Positions 58,713 through 64,000 of a stretch of 64,000 bases of DNA are shown one piece after another. The notes beneath the pieces were generated by a model, which did not search any database, was not told the DNA's origin, and was given only the letters and a program-made list of their open reading frames with translations. Every line of letters starts with the position of its first letter. Position 1 is the stretch's first letter. The position numbers and the translations under genes are program-made. This DNA is from Diplonema japonicum. Lineage: Eukaryota > Protista > Euglenozoa: Diplonemea. The stretch covers positions 310,001 through 374,000 of the forward strand of contig OZ025674.1 in assembly GCA_964019335.1 (NCBI GenBank), in the 5' to 3' direction.

Positions 58713-59666
58713 CACGGTAAGCAAATAACTTTTTTCTACCAAGTACTGTAAGCAGAATTTCCCACGAGGTATTTTAATTTTTGCCCATTTGAAACAAAAG
58801 AAAGGTTGAGAACACTCAAATGGCAAAGCCATGCTCAAGTACTTATTGGCTGAGCCCTTGGAGCACTGGGCATTATCACATGTTCCAGTCTGCACCTTCG
58901 GGGACTAGGTATCAAATTTCGTACCTTACTTTCCCAGGTTCTGCGTGAGGCACGTGGCCTAAACATCCTTTCTTGTATAGAGTGGATCCGCCTCAGGGAC
59001 GCGAAAATGATCACCTCCACGCGAGATCGAATACCCGACTCTGCCACTGGGCTTTGCCCCCAAATTGCCGAGAAGGTAGGGAAGGCGTACGACCGCTCCA
59101 AGTGTGGTGCGCCCACGACGTGGAAGAGGCTGTTTTTGACGTAAGGAAATTAATTCCACCGGGCGGGCCACAGTTAAGTACACAGAATGGGCACATGGGA
59201 GAATTGGTGACAAAAAAAGTCACAAATAGGCAGGCTGGCAAAGAGGAAGCGGAGTGAGGGGGAGGGGAAGAATATGTGCAGCAACTGCAGATTGGGCACA
59301 ATGCTGCAACCTGCAGGAACCCCCATTTCTCAACTGGTGGGGTTCAGTCCCAGTCACTCCTCGAAGTTCTTTCCCAGTTGAAGACCCAGGGTAGTCCCCC
59401 CCCTTCCCTCCCCTCCCGCCTGGGTCTTTTTCCTTTAATTTTGCCATGCCATTATTATTTTTGCACCTCATACTACATTTTATGATAAACCCTAATCAGG
59501 CATAAAAATGATACAGGTTACCGTGTTTGGTGGAAAAAAAGTTTGTAGTTGCATAAGGGAAAAACTTGATTACAGTAACGGTGGAAAAAAAGTTGTGGTT
59601 ACCGTACTTGGTGGAAAAAAAAAATTTAGGTTTAAGGAAACGGTGGAAAAAAGTTATTTGCTTACC
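58713..59666. mobile_element. Non-autonomous TIR element with subterminal repeats (EnSpm/CACTA-like CAC end)
   Basis: 25-bp IR GGTAAGCAAATAACTTTTTTC(T/C)ACC at 58716-58740 and 59642-59666. Four GGTGGAAAAAA repeats in 59529-59652. The right terminal GTG is absent. Confidence 0.7.
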
Positions 59667-59681
59667 CCCCTTTTTTTTTTT

Positions 59682-60036
59682 GGCTTGCTGTGGGATGACG
59701 CCCCTGGACGGCGCTCGACGGTTACGACGCTGGAGCTTGCCCTCGACTTGATGGTAGAAGGGCGGCGTTCCCAGCAGCGCGAGTGGATCGCGTCAACTCC
59801 CTGCGCTGTATAGGAGGACCGACCACACACGGGTATGACAGGAGGCCAGTACTCCCGGAGCGAACCATGAGAAGCATCGAAGGCTTGCGTGACGCGTACC
59901 TGTCGCAGACCCCGACAAGGCTGCCCCGCAGTTTTACCACCGCAGTAGGAACCCGCCAGAGCCCCCAGAACGGGGACAACGGGGACTAAGAACAGCGCGG
60001 CCGGTGAGCGCAAAAACGCATACCTTAAAAGAATAG
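59682..60036 (+). mobile_element. 3' fragment of the T-tract non-LTR retrotransposon (subfamily 3)
   Basis: LLW...VTTLELALDL and RVNSLRCIGGPTTHGYDRRPVL...LRDAY...TRL......VGTR align with the C-terminal domain at 53700-54117. T11 upstream and T18 downstream. Confidence 0.82.
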
Positions 60037-60151
60037 TTTTTTTTTTTTTTTTTTCCTCCCAAAAAGAAAAAAACATAAAAAGTGGAGGGGAGGGCCCGGT
60101 GCCTTTACACATATGAGATGCACAGCGCAAGGGTCACCTGCTGTGTGGAGG

Positions 60152-60607
60152 ATGCCTCCGTTGAGGCTGAAGGAGAAGGAGAGGAGGCGATTGGGATTGA
60201 GAGAGCTGGTGTCGGAGAGGAGGGCGAAGAGGAAGGGAACGGGGAGTGCTGTTTCAGCTGATGTGTGGTGTTTTATTTTCGGATGGCTGCAGCAGGACAT
60301 GCTAGGGGTGTGCTGCACAGTATGTTTAGGATGGCGGGAAATGATAGACATGGATGCTACTCTCAATATCTCAGTGCGTACCCAGTACCTTACAGAAGAG
60401 GCTTATGATGAAGTGTATAATTTTGCTGGGTTAGACCTTTATGGCCGCGACGTCGATTTCTGTTTCACGGACCCCCCACCCGCTGCCATGCTCACAGAGA
60501 CAGGCTGGAAACAGTCCCGTCCCTTCCCCTCCGCCACCCCGCTTCGACGGCCCCGGTGTGTCGTTCCTCGCAAGCACGTTAAGAAAACAGAAAAAACCAA
60601 AAAGTAA
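60152..60607 (+). CDS. Small F-box-like protein
   Basis: ADVWCFIFGWLQQDMLGVCCTVCLGWREMID. The start could alternatively be 60113. Confidence 0.7.
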   Translation: MPPLRLKEKERRRLGLRELVSERRAKRKGTGSAVSADVWCFIFGWLQQDMLGVCCTVCLGWREMIDMDATLNISVRTQYLTEEAYDEVYNFAGLDLYGRDVDFCFTDPPPAAMLTETGWKQSRPFPSATPLRRPRCVVPRKHVKKTEKTKK

Positions 60608-60705
60608 AAAAAAGGGGGGGGATAGGGGGGGAAAAAAATACAGCATTTCTGTGCTATGTTCTGGGGGGGGGGAGGGTATAGTTGTGGAACTGGTAGGCTC
60701 GTTCG

Positions 60706-60738
<33 letters not shown>

Positions 60739-61434
60739 TTGGCTTGCGGCTCTCGCGCGGAGTTTGCATGTGACATCATCTTTTGTTTGTATTTCACAAG
60801 TACTGCTCAGTTTTCTTGTAAGAATTAAAAAAAAAAAAAAAAAGAAAAAAAAAAAAAAAAAGTGGTAAGATGCAGTACTTATGTGCACAAACAAAATTCT
60901 GAGTACCGATTTTATTTTTTGTCGACATTTGCATAGTTTCCTTTCCTCTTTTTTTTTCTTTTTCTTCTATCCACCCGAACGAGTCTATTGACGTCGTCTT
61001 AAAAAGAAAAGTGGAGCGTGTGATCTCTTTACTTCCGTATGCCCGGTTTTTTCTTTCCCTTTGGTATTTTTGTACGGCTGAGAATAGCAAAAAAGAAAAA
61101 GGTTAAAGATGGTGCCCTCTGAAGTAAGAGACAGAATTCATTTCCTTTCCCCCCCCCCCCCCCTCTCTTTTCTTCTTTTTTTCTCTTTCATCTTTTTCGT
61201 TATTTCTTTTATTATTATTTTGTTATTTGTTCTTCCCCCCCCCATCCCCCACTCGTCTTCTTATTCTTCATCTGTTCCAAAACAAAATTCAAAACCAATT
61301 TTTTTCAAGCCCCCCTTTCCTTCTCTTTTCCTTCTCTCCTCACAGCATTCCTTTTTTTTCCTTCGTTTAACAACTCTGTTCTTGTGACAACAACTAGTCA
61401 TCAGGCTGCACATCGTAAATAACGAAGTTTATCC

Positions 61435-61479
<45 letters not shown>

Positions 61480-61497
61480 GATGGTAGTATTGTTGGG

Positions 61498-61642
61498 CTT
61501 ATCCTTCACGGCTGGCCGACTTATCCTTCACGGCTGGCCGACTTATCCTTCACGGCTGGCCGACTTATCCTTCACGGCTGGCCGACTTATCCTTCACGGC
61601 TGGCCGACTTATCCTTCACGGCTGGCCGACTTATCCTTCACG
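61498..61642. repeat. Perfect 22-bp minisatellite (CTTATCCTTCACGGCTGGCCGA), 6.6 copies
   Basis: Identical units at 61498, 61520, 61542, 61564, 61586 and 61608, plus a 13-nt partial unit; no spacers. Confidence 0.95.
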
Positions 61643-61835
61643 ACTTTAATCCCGGCTGTTCACAAACAGACACAAAATGTCTGTTTGCCATCGCCTTCGA
61701 GGGCGAAAAGCTCGAGCTTCTTGCCGTGTCTCGAACTCGGCAGTTGGGTGTGCCCTGCCCAGCTGTGCACAAACAACAATCAACCATCTCTTCCCCCCCC
61801 CCTTTTTTTTGATCCAAAACAAAGGGGGAAAAAAA

Positions 61836-62864
61836 ATGCGACGGCAAAGTATAACAGTTCACAACCTGCTTACTGAGCCTTCGGGCGACACAGAAAGCGA
61901 TTCCCAAGGAGCCTCAAGCGATGAAGCGGAGCCCTCCCAGCTCGATGAGCTGACAAAAGAAAGCCTGCTTGCATGCTGGGAAGGCAACAAATCGGTTGAG
62001 AACTCGTACATAAGCTACCTGTCACGACCTCTCGGGGAATGCGACATGGAGAAGTTTTACAAAACGCAACACACCCCAACGGAAGAACCCGAGATCGAAG
62101 CGAGACAGTTAACAGGCGACCCCACTGCTGACGACCGACCCCTTCTACACGACAAGCTCTACTCAGCGACCTACATCATATATGGGTATAACAAAGAAAA
62201 ACCGGGTTTGCTAATACCAATCTGTCAGCATATGGAGGGTGATTGCAGAGTGGCCATCGAGGCAGAAGAGTACCGCGCGATGCAGGGCCTCTACGATGAC
62301 TGCTTCCATTCGACCATCGACCTCAATATATTCAAACAGGTTTCCGTTCTGGCTGGCTACGGGGCGGTTTTGAGCGAGGAGGAGGTTCTGGAGATGTTCA
62401 AGAACACCTTGCACTTGGTCTCGTTCTTAAGCGTGAAACGAAGATGGCTTGTGAAAAAGGAAGCCGATTTGGAAGAAAACGAGGGTGGGGACATCGAACG
62501 CCTGTCGCTTCAAAAGCAGCGGATCAACGCGGAACGAAAGGTTGTGAGCCATGTCCACCTTGCTCTTGCAAGAGGTGGCGAGCTTTTACTCTGCGAAACA
62601 CGGCGATTGAGTCTTATTGAGAAACATCTTTACATCCAAACCTGCAAGAAAGCCCTTGCAGAGGAGTCCTTTGACCATGATGCCTACAACGCGGCGCTTG
62701 AAGAGCAGGACTTCCTCAACACGCAAACGCAGCTCACGCATGCACGGATGCGGTACCTCCACTCCGAGCTCCGACATGTGTCCACCACCAAAGATGTCTC
62801 AGCTTCTGCAGAAAGACAAGCTCAGGTGTGGTTTGAAGAACGCGTTGCAGCGCGTGAAACATAG
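61836..62864 (+). CDS. Hypothetical helical/coiled-coil protein (342 aa)
   Basis: Long complex ORF with an A-tract before the ATG; no recognised domain. Confidence 0.75.
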   Translation: MRRQSITVHNLLTEPSGDTESDSQGASSDEAEPSQLDELTKESLLACWEGNKSVENSYISYLSRPLGECDMEKFYKTQHTPTEEPEIEARQLTGDPTADDRPLLHDKLYSATYIIYGYNKEKPGLLIPICQHMEGDCRVAIEAEEYRAMQGLYDDCFHSTIDLNIFKQVSVLAGYGAVLSEEEVLEMFKNTLHLVSFLSVKRRWLVKKEADLEENEGGDIERLSLQKQRINAERKVVSHVHLALARGGELLLCETRRLSLIEKHLYIQTCKKALAEESFDHDAYNAALEEQDFLNTQTQLTHARMRYLHSELRHVSTTKDVSASAERQAQVWFEERVAARET

Positions 62865-63000
62865 TAAGTACCCTGTGGTTACCATCACAGCCCTCCAGGA
62901 AAAAAAAAAAAAAAAAAAAAGAATCATATATTCTTGCATCTCAGTTCTATCCTTCACAGGTTGGCGGCGCATTGGAGAGGGAAAAAAAAAAAAAAAAAAA

Positions 63001-64000
63001 ATGTTCACGAAATCAAGCCGCGCCACCATTCATGAGAAGCTCACGCAGAGCACCCGTCGGAGCAGGGGGCATCTTTTGTTCAGAGTCCCGCTGTGTATGT
63101 TCTTTGGGACCGTTCTGATGTTGGAGCTGGTGGGGTACGTATGGGTGCGCATTGTCGTCGCCGCCCTGGAGTACGTCTTCGCAAGACGAAGCAGGACGGG
63201 AGGCCTGGGCGAACTACACAAACAACGAAGGAAAGCAACTACCTACGCAGCTTACAGAGAAACATGCAAAGCTATCGACAAACAGGAAAACCGGGAAGCG
63301 TGGAAGGGAAAAGGAGAAAGCCCGCACTACGACTGCGAAGTTATCAAGGCAGCCGTCAGAAAGCTCATCCAAGCACGCGCCTCATGCGACGCCCGCAAAG
63401 TAATGGAATCCATGTCCCTTTCACGAAACTACGGGGGGATCATGAACCTCGACCTGTACACCAAGACATGGGACGGCACAAAGACAGTGATAGAAAAGTA
63501 CGTTGAAGAAGTAACCGCCTCAATAGAATGGCTATCAGACGCGGACTTAACAGGACCACTTTCCGCAGAACGTGTCGCGTTCCTTCAAAAAGCAAAGGCG
63601 GAGTTCGGCAACACCTCACTCCTAATGTCCGGCGGGGCAATGCTCGGCCTCTACCACATAGGAGTCGTGAAGGCTCTGTTAAAAAACCAACTTCTTCCAA
63701 AGGTAATAAGCGGGACATCAGCAGGCGCTGTTATAGGATGCTACGTATGCACCAGAACCGACGAGGAGCTCACAACAGACCTCAACGACACAAAAGAGCT
63801 CCATCGTCGATTTAGCGATAAAGGTCCATTTTGGGGCGGGAAGGTAATGCAGATGAAGAACGCGTATTTCAATGGTTTTGCGTATGAGTTCGACAACTTT
63901 CACGACAAGATTCTGTGGTTCACGAACGGACTCACGTTCAGGGAAGCGCACGAGAAAACAGGAAGGGTCCTGAACATTACGTGCACACCCTCAAAAACGA
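63001..64000 (+). CDS. Patatin-like triacylglycerol lipase (SDP1/TGL3-5 family), 3'-partial
   Basis: Open frame from ATG 63001 to the window end (absent from the ORF track). DUF3336-like RNYGGIMNLDLY...GTKTVIEKYVEEV, FGNTSLLMSGGAMLGLYHIGVVKAL, GTSAG nucleophile elbow and LTFREAHEKTGRVLNIT. Confidence 0.92.
   Translation, partial: MFTKSSRATIHEKLTQSTRRSRGHLLFRVPLCMFFGTVLMLELVGYVWVRIVVAALEYVFARRSRTGGLGELHKQRRKATTYAAYRETCKAIDKQENREAWKGKGESPHYDCEVIKAAVRKLIQARASCDARKVMESMSLSRNYGGIMNLDLYTKTWDGTKTVIEKYVEEVTASIEWLSDADLTGPLSAERVAFLQKAKAEFGNTSLLMSGGAMLGLYHIGVVKALLKNQLLPKVISGTSAGAVIGCYVCTRTDEELTTDLNDTKELHRRFSDKGPFWGGKVMQMKNAYFNGFAYEFDNFHDKILWFTNGLTFREAHEKTGRVLNITCTPSKT

Noticed and set aside
61498-61642. 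CRISPR array
   Set aside because: The units are contiguous and identical with no spacers, there are no cas genes, and the context is eukaryotic.
61498-62959. U12-type splice signals (TATCCTT)
   Set aside because: Preceded by T or C rather than G or A, and all inferred introns have U2-type GT-AG ends.

Overview
Eukaryotic nuclear DNA, most likely from a diplonemid (Euglenozoa). This is an inference from the kinetoplastid-like RPL9, the roughly 20 protein genes all on the + strand, short GT-AG cis-introns and homopolymer-rich spacers. Recognisable genes: two tandem RING/EF-hand/RanBP2-ZnF paralogs, an inverted pair of tRNA-Leu(CAA), two F-box proteins, an inactive calpain-like protein, an EF-hand/CAP/glutaredoxin fusion, SNRNP40, a ~4,260-aa BLTP1/Csf1 lipid-transfer protein, USB1, a PPEF phosphatase, an RRM protein, RPL9, a degenerate SDR with an inserted PDZ-like domain, a RING protein and a partial SDP1/TGL-type lipase. 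The spacers hold many mobile elements: two decayed piggyBacs, several MITEs, and a hairpin/asymmetric-inverted-repeat family that is nested in one BLTP1 intron. The strongest leads are (1) a non-LTR retrotransposon family whose four copies, from three diverged subfamilies, all sit in poly(T) tracts and end in T18 instead of poly(A); (2) introns whose acceptors follow poly(A) or AC-rich tracts instead of polypyrimidine tracts, with introns strongly biased to gene 3' ends; and (3) two compact structured-RNA candidates. All calls were made by eye, with no database searches.
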